From Candidatus Hadarchaeota archaeon (lineage in GTDB: Archaea; CAYQAE01; CAYVLA01), in contig CAYVLA010000037.1 in NCBI GenBank assembly GCA_964452145.1, positions 1-28,266 of the forward strand: a stretch of 28,266 nt of DNA, read 5' to 3'. The translations under genes were made by a program, and so were the position numbers. Within the stretch, counting starts at the first letter, position 1. Each line of letters starts with the position of its first letter. Of this stretch, positions 9,173-18,069 are shown one piece after another. The notes beneath the pieces were generated by a model. The model ran no database searches and was not told the origin of the DNA. It worked only from the letters and a program-made list of their open reading frames with translations.

Positions 9173-11758
9173 CTATCTGACCGATCCTCGTCGCGACACC
9201 GCCAGTTGTGCTGCAAGGAAGATCAGCATCGCGGGGCCCGGGATCGCCTCCTCGGGAATCGCAAGGGCGATGTCATCTAGGTACACCGTGCCGGAACCGA
9301 GGAGGGAGATCCTCAGGGATTCTAGGCGCGAACCGAAGGTCCACCCCAGATCTGCCAGAGGAATGCGCAGACTGGTCCACACACCGGGAGCGAGACCCCC
9401 TAGTGCCTTCACCGAGACGGACCTGGTGGCTCCGGGACCGGTCTTCGTGATCACCATATCCGTCACGGTCGCGTTCCCCGGGTTCACAGATACGAGAAGA
9501 TCGTCGAAGCCCCAGAGGGTGAATGCCCATGGATCGGGAGCCTTTAGCTGGACGATGCAGTATCTCTCGAAGGATATCCTCTGGCACCTGCCTTGGTTGA
9601 CCATATCCGTCGAATACGGATCCACTGTGGCCTGCAGACTCTCCACAGTCCAGCCTTCCTCGAGCTGGTCTCGATAGATGACCAAGTCATGGCGGGGTGG
9701 ATCAAGGTCCGGCACCCCTTCGAGAACGTACAGATCCGTTCCCCTGGAGAAGTAGATCCTGCCGTCCAGGCCCAAGGTCATGTCCGACCCCCCCGCAGAC
9801 AGCTCCTCGAAGCCGACGCTTTCCCCAGGGTAGCAGAGGATCTTCATCCTGAAGACGGCTCTGGAGCTTATGCCGTAGATGAAGCCGTCCGGCGCGGCCC
9901 TCATCCGGATTATGCTGCCAACTGGTGAGGCCTGCTTGTGAATGATGGTGCCCTCCATCGGATCGTAGACGAAGAGCGTCGTCCCGGCGCAGCCGTAGAT
10001 TCTGCCGTCAGGCGCCGTGACCAGGCTCTGTATCCGGTCAACCCTTGGGGCGGGTATCATGTCCATGACGACCTTCCCCTGCCTGATGTCCCATGCGAAG
10101 AAGTGGGCCTCGGTCTCCACGGCCGGAATTCCGCCCCCGGCTTCGGTGCTTGAGCCTCCGTAGATGACCCCTCCGTCCAAGCTCAGCGTCAGGGAGACAA
10201 CGCTCTGGTTTGGAATGATGTGTCTGTGAACCTGAAAACCATCCGTTGTGGGGTCGTATATCGACAGGGCCCCTCCCAGCTTGCCGTAGGTCGGGATGCT
10301 CCCTATGTAGATCCTTCCATCGGCCCCAGCGACCAGCCCTGGTGGTCTGTACTGCTCGTCCCCGACGGGTCCGATCTTGCGCGGATTGGAGTCGGCGGTA
10401 GTCCCGGGGTTCCATGCCTTGGATGGGTCATAGACGCTCAGAACGGAGTGGGTATACGAGGCCATGTACAGCTTGTCGCCATGGGACGCGAAGCTGTAGA
10501 ACTCACCGCTTGCACCCGGAATGGGAACGCCGAGGTCGGTCAACTCCTCCTTTGAGGGATCGTATCTGAATAGATGAAGGAGGTTGTATACTCCGCCATA
10601 GACACAGCCATCCGGGCCAGTGCCCAAGCTGAAGATGTTCATTCCATCCCCGTCCCGGCCGATGTCGACCTGGCCGAGGTAGGCGGATTCTCCGACGTTG
10701 TACGCCCAGCAGGACCGGGAGTCTATTCCGTAAGCAATGCCCGTCTCCTCGTCATACCGGCCGTATGCGGGCACGTCGTAGGGCTCCAGGCGCCGGGCTG
10801 TCTTGTTGTACTTCATTAGGCCCCCTGGCAACCCCGAGATCAGGACAGGACCGCCCTGAGCCTGTCGCAGGATGTATGCCCCGCCGCCGCTGGGGTTACT
10901 CACCTCCATGAGGAGTTCGTACGTATCGGCATCGAAGATCAGCACGATCGTGTCGAAAAGGAGGTAGGCGTAGACGACGTTGTCCTCCGACTCAACCGTG
11001 TAGGCGAATGAGTTGTCCTTGTACCGATCCGGTAGGATGCTTTTGTTCGTCTCGGTCTCGGGGTCATAAACCACCAGGTCTGCTCTGGACCCTATGCCGC
11101 AGAAGATCTTCCCGTTGTCCGCAACTGCCAGATCCCTGCAGTACTGCTCAGTCGGATGCATCCGGCCGAGGTCCTGTATCCTGTCCGTTGAAGGATCGAA
11201 CACGACGACCTTTGCGTTGGGATAGGTGGCACCATAGATACGTCCATCAGGACCTGTTTGCAGCGTCCAAACAAAGGATTCCCCCGCTGCCGATCCGTGG
11301 TCCACCACCTCGCCCACGACTGGGTCGAAGCTGAAGATTCTGCCCTCCATTATCGTGCCTATGTAGATCCTCCCGTCATGGCCCTGACACAGACCATATG
11401 CTCCCTGCGATCGTGCTAGGGCGAAGTACTCGGCACCTCCTCTGGCATAGTCGTAGCGGATCAGCCTGGCCCACCCGGCATCGGTGTAGGTTCCCGCATA
11501 GAGCACCGGCCTGCCGGTCTGGCCGTCCCTAACGAGCAGACTGTCCCAGATCGTCATGGACCTGACCGGTGTCCCCAGCTTCTTAGCAGTTGGCTGCGCC
11601 GTGACCAGTGAGACGCAGCCCAGAAGTAGAATCCCGATGACCAGCCCCACGGATGCACCGTGCTCCGATGGACATACGATGATCAGATCCGTCACCAAGG
11701 CCGGTTTCAATCGAGAAAGCCGTGATATCTCCCCATCCAGTAGGGCAGGAGGAAGCAT
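9173..11758 (-). CDS. Large secreted/cell-surface protein with multiple YVTN-type beta-propeller repeats and a PGF-CTERM-like C-terminal anchor
   Basis: At least 8 repeats of the pattern DGRIY[IG]G...(V/L)xVYDP. An N-terminal hydrophobic h-region (VGLVIGILLLGCVSLVTA) and a C-terminal tail (IPGPAMLIFLAAQLAVSRRGSVR) resemble an archaeosortase sorting signal. Start is uncertain. ATG 11758 overlaps the upstream gene by 51 nt. TTG/GTG at 11698/11695 or ATG 11557 are alternatives. Confidence 0.6.
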   Translation of the reverse strand: MLPPALLDGEISRLSRLKPALVTDLIIVCPSEHGASVGLVIGILLLGCVSLVTAQPTAKKLGTPVRSMTIWDSLLVRDGQTGRPVLYAGTYTDAGWARLIRYDYARGGAEYFALARSQGAYGLCQGHDGRIYIGTIMEGRIFSFDPVVGEVVDHGSAAGESFVWTLQTGPDGRIYGATYPNAKVVVFDPSTDRIQDLGRMHPTEQYCRDLAVADNGKIFCGIGSRADLVVYDPETETNKSILPDRYKDNSFAYTVESEDNVVYAYLLFDTIVLIFDADTYELLMEVSNPSGGGAYILRQAQGGPVLISGLPGGLMKYNKTARRLEPYDVPAYGRYDEETGIAYGIDSRSCWAYNVGESAYLGQVDIGRDGDGMNIFSLGTGPDGCVYGGVYNLLHLFRYDPSKEELTDLGVPIPGASGEFYSFASHGDKLYMASYTHSVLSVYDPSKAWNPGTTADSNPRKIGPVGDEQYRPPGLVAGADGRIYIGSIPTYGKLGGALSIYDPTTDGFQVHRHIIPNQSVVSLTLSLDGGVIYGGSSTEAGGGIPAVETEAHFFAWDIRQGKVVMDMIPAPRVDRIQSLVTAPDGRIYGCAGTTLFVYDPMEGTIIHKQASPVGSIIRMRAAPDGFIYGISSRAVFRMKILCYPGESVGFEELSAGGSDMTLGLDGRIYFSRGTDLYVLEGVPDLDPPRHDLVIYRDQLEEGWTVESLQATVDPYSTDMVNQGRCQRISFERYCIVQLKAPDPWAFTLWGFDDLLVSVNPGNATVTDMVITKTGPGATRSVSVKALGGLAPGVWTSLRIPLADLGWTFGSRLESLRISLLGSGTVYLDDIALAIPEEAIPGPAMLIFLAAQLAVSRRGSVR

Positions 11759-13800
11759 GTGCCTTCTAGGGCCGATCGGCCCTCGGATCCGCCGTCCAGG
11801 ATGTGGAGATTGCCTGCCCACTCGCCCACCGGCCTCTCGTCGGCCGGAAGGGGCTCCGTTGCCGAGTTGGGTCGCTGGGCGTCCAGGGTCACATCCGATC
11901 TGTGGCTGTTCCTGACCGTCCAGCTGATCAGATCGAGCGGGTAATCCCCCAACGTGTCTGCCGCAGCCTCGATATCGTGAGGGGTTCCCATCACGGCTGA
12001 TGTGATGATGTTCCATAGCGAGTTCCGCTGCCCCCTGATCTGGTGCCAGGTTCTCTCAAGGCTCAGCAGGTAGATCTGGCGAAGGGCCGGATCGTCCTCG
12101 TATCGAAGGAGCGGGTAGTAAGCCAGATAGGCAAGCCTGTCGTCGTGCCAGACTTGGTGTCCCAGAACGGTCTGTCTCTGCTTGATGGTGTTGATGGCAT
12201 AGTGGTGCTTGGTGGCTAGCTGACGGTATCTGTCCAGATAGGTCTCATCACCGGTCAGGTGATTGGCCGACCTCAGATAAGACAGAATCTCCAGGGAGTT
12301 GAGGCCCCTCTGCATGCGCCATCGGTCGTCGTGGTTCAGTCTCTTTGGGGACCAGACGCCCCAGGTGGTTGGCTCTCCATCCAGGTCTACCAGGAAATAA
12401 TCGTGGGTGATGATGTGGTCGGTGAGCCTCTTGGCATATTCTTCCAGCAGCTGTCTCTCCCGCTTCCCGGCCACCAGATCATAGTAGATCGTCATGGCGA
12501 AGTAGTGCCCATCGATCTCGTCCGAACTTGTATCGCCCTTCCATTCCCACTCACCGTCCGGAGTCGGATGCCATTCGGGATGACCATCTCCGAACCCGGC
12601 TTCTCCCCTCCCTCTGATGGCTCTGGCCGGGAAGCCCGGTATCCCCGTGACCTGCTCAAGTCTCATTAGGGCATCCAGGGACTCGCGAGCGAAGGCCTTG
12701 GCTTCCGCATCCTGTGTCACGGAGTATCTGAAGGCTTCTGCCGCGATGTACAGGCTCGTCCAGAGGCCGTCGTTGTCGGAGATTCTAACCTGGCCTGACG
12801 AGATCTCACCCGGGGCGCTGAGCACGCGCCCCGTCACAAAACCGATTCGGGTGTGATACTTCCTGACGGTTGCCTCATACTGGGAGGCCTTCTCCTCCAA
12901 GGTCATCTGCACGGATTTCAAGTGCGATATGCCCCCGCGAGTGGCTACGAAGGCCTCCCCGTCACCTAGGGGGAGAATATCCGTGACTTGGTCGCTCGGA
13001 AGCCATCTCCTCGAGGCAAAGTACTTCCACCGGCCCTCCTTAAGCAAAATAACTCCCGAGTTGGTCCCGAACCAGTGGTCGCCCCACGGGGTGACCTTGG
13101 TTAGGCGCACATCCTCCTGGGGAAGACCGTCCTCGCCCCTCAGAGAGCACCAACCATCCCCGCCTGCGTAGATGGATATGCCCCTGTCTGTTCCAACCCA
13201 GATATGCCCTGCCTCGTCGGGCACCGCGCAACGGGTATCGTTGCTCAGCATGCCCTCCTCCCTGGCTCTGACCACGAACCAGTATGGCCGTTTGCCCTGA
13301 AGGAAGAACAGCCCACGGCTGGTGGCCGCGACGGCCCGGGACCCTTCCTCTCCCAGACATCTGAAGTCCCGATACTCCATTCCTCGGGCCTCGGTTCTTC
13401 TGGCATGCGTCCAAGACGAGCCATCGAACCTCCAGAGTCCGTCCGGCGCACATACCCACAGTGCCCCCGAGGAGTCAATATCAGCTTTGAGGCCGGCTTC
13501 GGGTCCCTCGGATACCGACCATGATGTCCCATCGTAACAGAGAAGCGCTCCGTCCGACGCGGCAAAGACGCGGTTTCCATATTGGATGATCAGATCAACC
13601 GATCCCTGGGGCCATCCGTCAGAGCTGGCATGCTTCCACCCGCCTTCTTGCTTGATGGAGATGCCGCGCTCGGTGCCCGCCCAGATGGCATCCCCTACCC
13701 GGGATAGCACGTTGACGCAATTCGATGGAAGACCGGATGACGAATCATGGAACTTCCTCGTCCACTGCCGATACCACCTTCGGCCGTCTGTCTGCGGCAT
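11707..13800 (-). CDS. Reg_prop (two-component-regulator-type) beta-propeller repeat protein with a C-terminal (alpha/alpha)-toroid-like putative carbohydrate-active domain
   Basis: N-terminal repeats WAGTERGISIKQEGGW, WVGTDRGISIYAGGDGW and WFGTNSGVILLKEGRW. C-terminal half is rich in Trp/Tyr/acidic motifs typical of glycan-binding toroid folds (DNDGLWTSLYIAAEAF, WEWKGDTSSDEIDGHYF). ATG at 13800 with a TTAATAG box about 25 nt upstream. Confidence 0.5.
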   Translation of the reverse strand: MPQTDGRRWYRQWTRKFHDSSSGLPSNCVNVLSRVGDAIWAGTERGISIKQEGGWKHASSDGWPQGSVDLIIQYGNRVFAASDGALLCYDGTSWSVSEGPEAGLKADIDSSGALWVCAPDGLWRFDGSSWTHARRTEARGMEYRDFRCLGEEGSRAVAATSRGLFFLQGKRPYWFVVRAREEGMLSNDTRCAVPDEAGHIWVGTDRGISIYAGGDGWCSLRGEDGLPQEDVRLTKVTPWGDHWFGTNSGVILLKEGRWKYFASRRWLPSDQVTDILPLGDGEAFVATRGGISHLKSVQMTLEEKASQYEATVRKYHTRIGFVTGRVLSAPGEISSGQVRISDNDGLWTSLYIAAEAFRYSVTQDAEAKAFARESLDALMRLEQVTGIPGFPARAIRGRGEAGFGDGHPEWHPTPDGEWEWKGDTSSDEIDGHYFAMTIYYDLVAGKRERQLLEEYAKRLTDHIITHDYFLVDLDGEPTTWGVWSPKRLNHDDRWRMQRGLNSLEILSYLRSANHLTGDETYLDRYRQLATKHHYAINTIKQRQTVLGHQVWHDDRLAYLAYYPLLRYEDDPALRQIYLLSLERTWHQIRGQRNSLWNIITSAVMGTPHDIEAAADTLGDYPLDLISWTVRNSHRSDVTLDAQRPNSATEPLPADERPVGEWAGNLHILDGGSEGRSALEGTCFLLPYWMGRYHGFLD

Positions 13801-14280
13801 ACTTCATCCCAGCATGACCGAACTATTAACTATTGGGCTCTTACCAGTTGAGCCCGATCCTCAATTCAGGCGAAGAGGAAACGATCTGGCCCCTCAGTTC
13901 TCACGGTCCTCGCGAGCAGGGAGGCAACCATGGAATCTAGATCGGGCTGGAGGCGTGGGAGGTGAGAGCAGGTGACCCGGACTTCGCACTGCCCGCACGC
14001 TGCTCTGCGCTCCTCGGGGCAACTCGAACAGGTCAACAGATGCCTGCTCCCTACCCTTCGATGCCGGCCGCAAAAGGTGGACGGAGAATGGTTGTATCGA
14101 TATCGCTCAAGCCCACCTGATGAATCAGGCCCGAAGTGAGAGCGGGATGGTGCATGCAACCATGGATGGCAGACCAGCAACGAAAGGTTTCCATGGCATT
14201 TGACACAGGGTCCGAGCAAGCCCAGATTGAGGTTTCAATATCCTAATAAGCCATGCGTGCCGTCCAATCATGAGGATAAC

Positions 14281-14811
14281 ATGTCAGAGAACACCATCAT
14301 GAACAATTCCCCTGCTAAGGCACCTAACGGCTTCTGGAAAGGGTTCAGGAGGACCAAGCCCACAGCGGAGCCCGGCAAGAGCAACCAGCCCGTGCAGGCA
14401 GAACAGGACCTGGAGTCCATTCTTCTCTCCGCGAAGTTCCCCATTCGAAATCGAGCGACTCTGATCGCCGCTCTGGGTGGGAAGCACAGCATGGTGCAAC
14501 TCAAGGGCAATGGGCCCAAGCGGGCCGATGAGCTTGCCGATCTCTGCTTCGCCGAGCGGCAGTCTTTCGGATCCCCAAAGGAGGTTGTTGCAGCCGCCCA
14601 ATCGTCCTCCTGGACCAGAGCGGTCATCAAGGGTATGAACCTCTCCCCGCTTCCCATAACCAAACGAGAAACCGTGTCGAGACTGGTTGGCCGGATAAGG
14701 ATCAGGGACGTGACCGTCGAGGAACTCACCCATCACCTCAGCTATCCGATTAGCACGACTGCACAACTCGTGGAACAGCTCGCCAAGGCCAGAGAACTCC
14801 ACGGGCCCTAA
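14281..14811 (+). CDS. Hypothetical soluble protein
   Basis: ATG at 14281 preceded by GAGGA (spacer 6). The longer listed frame from 14200 lacks a Shine-Dalgarno. No recognisable motifs. Confidence 0.45.
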   Translation: MSENTIMNNSPAKAPNGFWKGFRRTKPTAEPGKSNQPVQAEQDLESILLSAKFPIRNRATLIAALGGKHSMVQLKGNGPKRADELADLCFAERQSFGSPKEVVAAAQSSSWTRAVIKGMNLSPLPITKRETVSRLVGRIRIRDVTVEELTHHLSYPISTTAQLVEQLAKARELHGP

Positions 14812-15152
14812 CCATTCATCCCCAGCGCATGAGAGCGGCCGACCCAGCGATGAAGATGTCCACGGCCGCGCTGACGGAGAGAGCCGAGAACAACCCGATG
14901 ACGGGCGTGGCAGCGGGCACGAATGCAAGGGTGGCAACGAACAAGAGCCAGACCACCAGCTAGATAATTCACCCGGCCGATGCGTGAGATTCCGGAGGTC
15001 GGCTAGTCGATGGCGAGACCCTCCAATGCTTCGTTGTTCGTCGCAGAGCACTGGGGCCATGGGGAATATGAGTTTGCCCGGCAAGCATCGCCAGACCCGG
15101 CAGTGAGAGTCCGGTCCTCCGATCGTGTGCAGTACGCGGTTACACACGGTGG

Positions 15153-15512
15153 ATGGTGAGCAGCAAGTTAGATATCGCCTTCAGGCAAGGAGAGATCGGG
15201 GGAACCACGAAAGGAGATATATTCCCTCAGGCAAACAATCTAGGGGATGGAATCTTGGACCGTCGACACTTGGCTAGCCGGGTTCTAAGGGCGGCCTGCG
15301 CTACATGGTTGGTCGTTGTCTTCCTGGGCCTGATTCTCGGTGTGCCCTACCTGATTGGAAGACCGGTTCTTACCTCCCCGCTGGACGACCCTGTGGTCCA
15401 GATACTCTTTCTTCTCGCGGCCACGGCGGTGCCCGCTGCGTTTGGCCTCGCATATGCCGCTCATCGGCAGCGCTCAGAAGAAACAGAGGCATGGCTCGAA
15501 GGGCTGAGGTAG
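15153..15512 (+). CDS. Small membrane protein (2 TM), hypothetical
   Basis: Hydrophobic segments WLVVVFLGLILGVPYLI and VVQILFLLAATAVPAAFGLAYA. An internal TTG start is also possible. Confidence 0.4.
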   Translation: MVSSKLDIAFRQGEIGGTTKGDIFPQANNLGDGILDRRHLASRVLRAACATWLVVVFLGLILGVPYLIGRPVLTSPLDDPVVQILFLLAATAVPAAFGLAYAAHRQRSEETEAWLEGLR

Positions 15513-15653
15513 CCGATCAACCTTTCCCCAGCGTCAGCGTTGCAGTGCTCCCGCGCCTTGGGGTCGTTGACCGCATCGGTGATCCTTAGTCCTTGGTCCT
15601 TAGCATATATTTTTCAGCGGAATCCAAGGCGCTTCCCAAGGAGGTCAGGGAGC

Positions 15654-16646
15654 TTGGACAGAATCAGAATCGGAATCATTGGGCTCGGACGCGGCCAGAG
15701 CCATGCTCGCCGGGTTGCCGCATCACAGAGATGCGAACTGGTGAGCATCGCTGATATAGTGGAGGATGCCGCGAAGTCCGCGGCTCAGGAGCTTGGAGCG
15801 TCAAGCCACTACAAGGACTATCACGACATGCTCGAGAAGGAGCACCTGGATGCGGTCATCATCTCCACCCCCAACCACCTCCACGCCCCGATGTGTTTGG
15901 CGAGCATGAAGGCCGGCCTTCACGTGATGGTCGAGAAGCCCATGTGCAACACGATGAAGGAGGCCGACGAGATGCTCAAGGTCGCAATGAAGACCGACCG
16001 CAAGCTCTACGTCGGCTACAACTACAGATGGAACCCCGCCTACCAAAAAACCAAGGAGATGCTCTCCTCCGAACAGATAGGAAAGCTGCTGTATGCCAAC
16101 TGCACCATCAAGACCTGGAGGGCCAAGAGCTACTACGATGCCGCGGGTTGGAGGACCCGTTGGGAAACCCAAGGCGGAGGAGTTCTGATGAACCAGGCAA
16201 CCCACCATCTGGATTCGCTCCTGTGGTGGATGGGCGAGGTTGACATGGTCGTGGGTTTCTGCGAGAACCTCTACCACGACATCGAGGTGGAGGATACCGG
16301 GAGCGCCATCATCAAGTTCACATCCGGGGCCACCCTCAACTTCATGGCCAGTACGGCCGTACAAGGGTCGCTCGCACCTCCGTTTGAGTTCAATGGCACG
16401 GAAGCCACGCTGTCTTTCGGGATGGGAGGCCTTGTAGTGCGGAAGAAGGACTGCAAGGAGTGGGAGAAGGTCGAGCTCGTGTCCAGCGATGACAACACGA
16501 CCCTGCAACTGAACGCCTTCATCGACTCAATAGTCAACAACACCCAGCCCGCCGTGTCTGGGGAAGATGGCCGCAGGGCTCTGGAGCTTTCCTTGGCCAT
16601 CTACAAATCATCCAAGACGGGACGCCCTGTCAAGCTACCTCTCTAG
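15654..16646 (+). CDS. Gfo/Idh/MocA-family NAD(P)-dependent oxidoreductase (sugar/inositol dehydrogenase-like)
   Basis: Rossmann start IRIGIIGLGRGQSHA. Family motifs EKPMCNTMKEADEM and GGGVLMNQATHHLDSLLWWMGEV. Start reassigned to TTG 15654, which is in frame and 8 nt downstream of a strong AAGGAGGT. The listed start at 15540 has no Shine-Dalgarno. A possible ATATATTTTT box lies at 15605-15615. Confidence 0.8.
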   Translation: MDRIRIGIIGLGRGQSHARRVAASQRCELVSIADIVEDAAKSAAQELGASSHYKDYHDMLEKEHLDAVIISTPNHLHAPMCLASMKAGLHVMVEKPMCNTMKEADEMLKVAMKTDRKLYVGYNYRWNPAYQKTKEMLSSEQIGKLLYANCTIKTWRAKSYYDAAGWRTRWETQGGGVLMNQATHHLDSLLWWMGEVDMVVGFCENLYHDIEVEDTGSAIIKFTSGATLNFMASTAVQGSLAPPFEFNGTEATLSFGMGGLVVRKKDCKEWEKVELVSSDDNTTLQLNAFIDSIVNNTQPAVSGEDGRRALELSLAIYKSSKTGRPVKLPL

Positions 16647-16844
16647 TCTCGCTTTGGGTTCCTTCTGCGCCTGTTGAGACCCATCCGCGATCGTCCGCTC
16701 GCTATTGGGCCCCCGGGTCCATACCGCGTTGAGCCTCCCCCGGGAATGCCGGAGAGTCGGGGCCTGTAGTTATGAGGACTCTCGGAGCCTTCTGCTCCAG
16801 CTTCGGGCTCGGGTGTTACCCCTTTGCGCGCTGTGCCTGCGCCC

Positions 16845-16860
16845 GATACTTTTAATAGAA
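16845..16860 (+). promoter_or_regulatory. TATA-like box (CTTTTAATAGAAAG) for the encapsulin operon
   Basis: AT-rich box about 35-40 nt upstream of ATG 16892. A GAGG element lies 8-11 nt upstream of the ATG. Confidence 0.4.
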
Positions 16861-16891
16861 AGATCACCACGATCTGGACGAGGCAGGTACT

Positions 16892-17254
16892 ATGCCTGAA
16901 TTTCTCAACCCTTTCAGCGGATTGATCCCCGATCGGAAACTGACTCTGAGGGAACTCACGAGAGCCCTCAGGCTGTCTTTGGCAGCTGAGGAGGAGGCCG
17001 TACATCTTTACGAGGCCCTTGCAGACGCTGCGGACAACGAATTGGCAAGGACCGTTCTTCAAGACATTGCGGATGAGGAGAAGGTGCACGCGGGAGAGTT
17101 CCAACGCCTCTTAAGCAATCTGCTTGGGAACGAGGATGCCCTGCTCTCCAAGGGAGCCGAAGAGGTGAACGAGATCGCCGAGCGAGTGGGAGCAGGACCG
17201 CTGAAGGAAGAACCTGATGGGGCGATACCTACCGTGGGCAACATGAAGGAGTAG
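16892..17254 (+). CDS. Encapsulated ferritin-like protein (EncFtn/Flp-type cargo) with a C-terminal encapsulin-targeting peptide
   Basis: Two ExxH di-iron-site motifs (EEEAVHLYEALADAAD and DEEKVHAGEFQRLL) match the EncFtn pattern. The C-terminus (…PTVGNMKE) resembles known cargo-loading peptides (TVGSL[KR]-like). It lies immediately upstream of the encapsulin gene. Confidence 0.75.
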   Translation: MPEFLNPFSGLIPDRKLTLRELTRALRLSLAAEEEAVHLYEALADAADNELARTVLQDIADEEKVHAGEFQRLLSNLLGNEDALLSKGAEEVNEIAERVGAGPLKEEPDGAIPTVGNMKE

Positions 17255-17268
17255 CGAGGTGATATGAC

Positions 17269-18069
17269 GTGTCGAAATACTTGAACAGGGGCGATGCACC
17301 TTTCGATTCCAAAGTCTGGCGGCGAATCGACGAGGCCGTTGTGACTGCCGCGAAGGGCCAGCTGTCGGGAAGGAAGCTGCTGGAGGTCGAAGGACCCTAC
17401 GGGCTTGGTGTGAAGTTCCTAACCGGTCCCGATGTGGTCAGTGAGGAGGCTTCCCCAACGATCTCGACAAGCCACGTCCTGCCACTAGTCTCGATTCGAC
17501 AGAGCTTCACCTTGGCTTCCAGGGACATCGCAGCTTTTGAACAATATGGATCCGAACTCGATTTGGGCTCTGCCGCAAAGGCGGCAGTGGATTGTGCGCG
17601 AAAGGAGGACGAGCTGATCTTTTCGGGTTCGAAGGCAATTGGAGCAGACGGCATACTGACATCAAAGGGAACCCAGTCGGTCAAGCTCCAACCCTGGACA
17701 AAGATAGGGGCTGCGGCTGACGATGTCATACAGGCAGCAACGGTCCTTGACGATGCGGGGTTTCATGGACCGTATAGACTAGGGCTATCGTCCAAATGCT
17801 ACAACATGCTCTTCCGTCGCTATCCCCAAGGGAATTCTACGGAGATGGATCACATCAAGTCGGTTGTGCCCGGTGGAGTGATCAAGGTGCCAGCCATGGA
17901 CTCCGGCGGCGTGCTCGCGGCGACCGGGCGTCAGTATGCCTCCATAGTTATAGGACAAGACCTAATGACGGGCTTCGTCGGCCCAACGGGAAGCGGTTAC
18001 GAGTTCACGGTTACCGAAAGCCTCGCACTGAGGCTGATCGAGCCAGCAGCCATCTGCGTGCTGAGATAG
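17269..18069 (+). CDS. Family-1 encapsulin nanocompartment shell protein (Linocin M18-like, HK97 fold)
   Basis: 266 aa. N-terminus (SKYLNRGDAPFDSKVWRRIDEAV...GRKLLEVEGPYG) is co-linear with the Thermotoga maritima encapsulin N-terminus ([23 protein letters not shown]...GRKFVDVEGPYG). GTG start at 17269 with GAGGTGA 6 nt upstream. Confidence 0.85.
   Translation: MSKYLNRGDAPFDSKVWRRIDEAVVTAAKGQLSGRKLLEVEGPYGLGVKFLTGPDVVSEEASPTISTSHVLPLVSIRQSFTLASRDIAAFEQYGSELDLGSAAKAAVDCARKEDELIFSGSKAIGADGILTSKGTQSVKLQPWTKIGAAADDVIQAATVLDDAGFHGPYRLGLSSKCYNMLFRRYPQGNSTEMDHIKSVVPGGVIKVPAMDSGGVLAATGRQYASIVIGQDLMTGFVGPTGSGYEFTVTESLALRLIEPAAICVLR

Noticed and set aside
11693-11758. Bacterial-type lipobox (LLGC) at the N-terminus of the surface protein
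   Set aside because: L at position -2 is non-canonical, the hydrophobic stretch continues after the Cys, and the true start codon is ambiguous. It is noted only as a weak possibility within the surface-protein finding.
14284-15147. 287-aa minus-strand ORF opposite the hypothetical gene 14281-14811
   Set aside because: Composition is dominated by R, C, G, S and P with no hydrophobic-core periodicity. It is a shadow ORF of the plus-strand gene and the GC-rich spacer.
15801-16508. 235-aa minus-strand ORF inside Gfo/Idh/MocA gene no. 1
   Set aside because: It is antisense to a gene with clear Rossmann and family motifs. The translation is low-complexity and G/V/L/H-rich.
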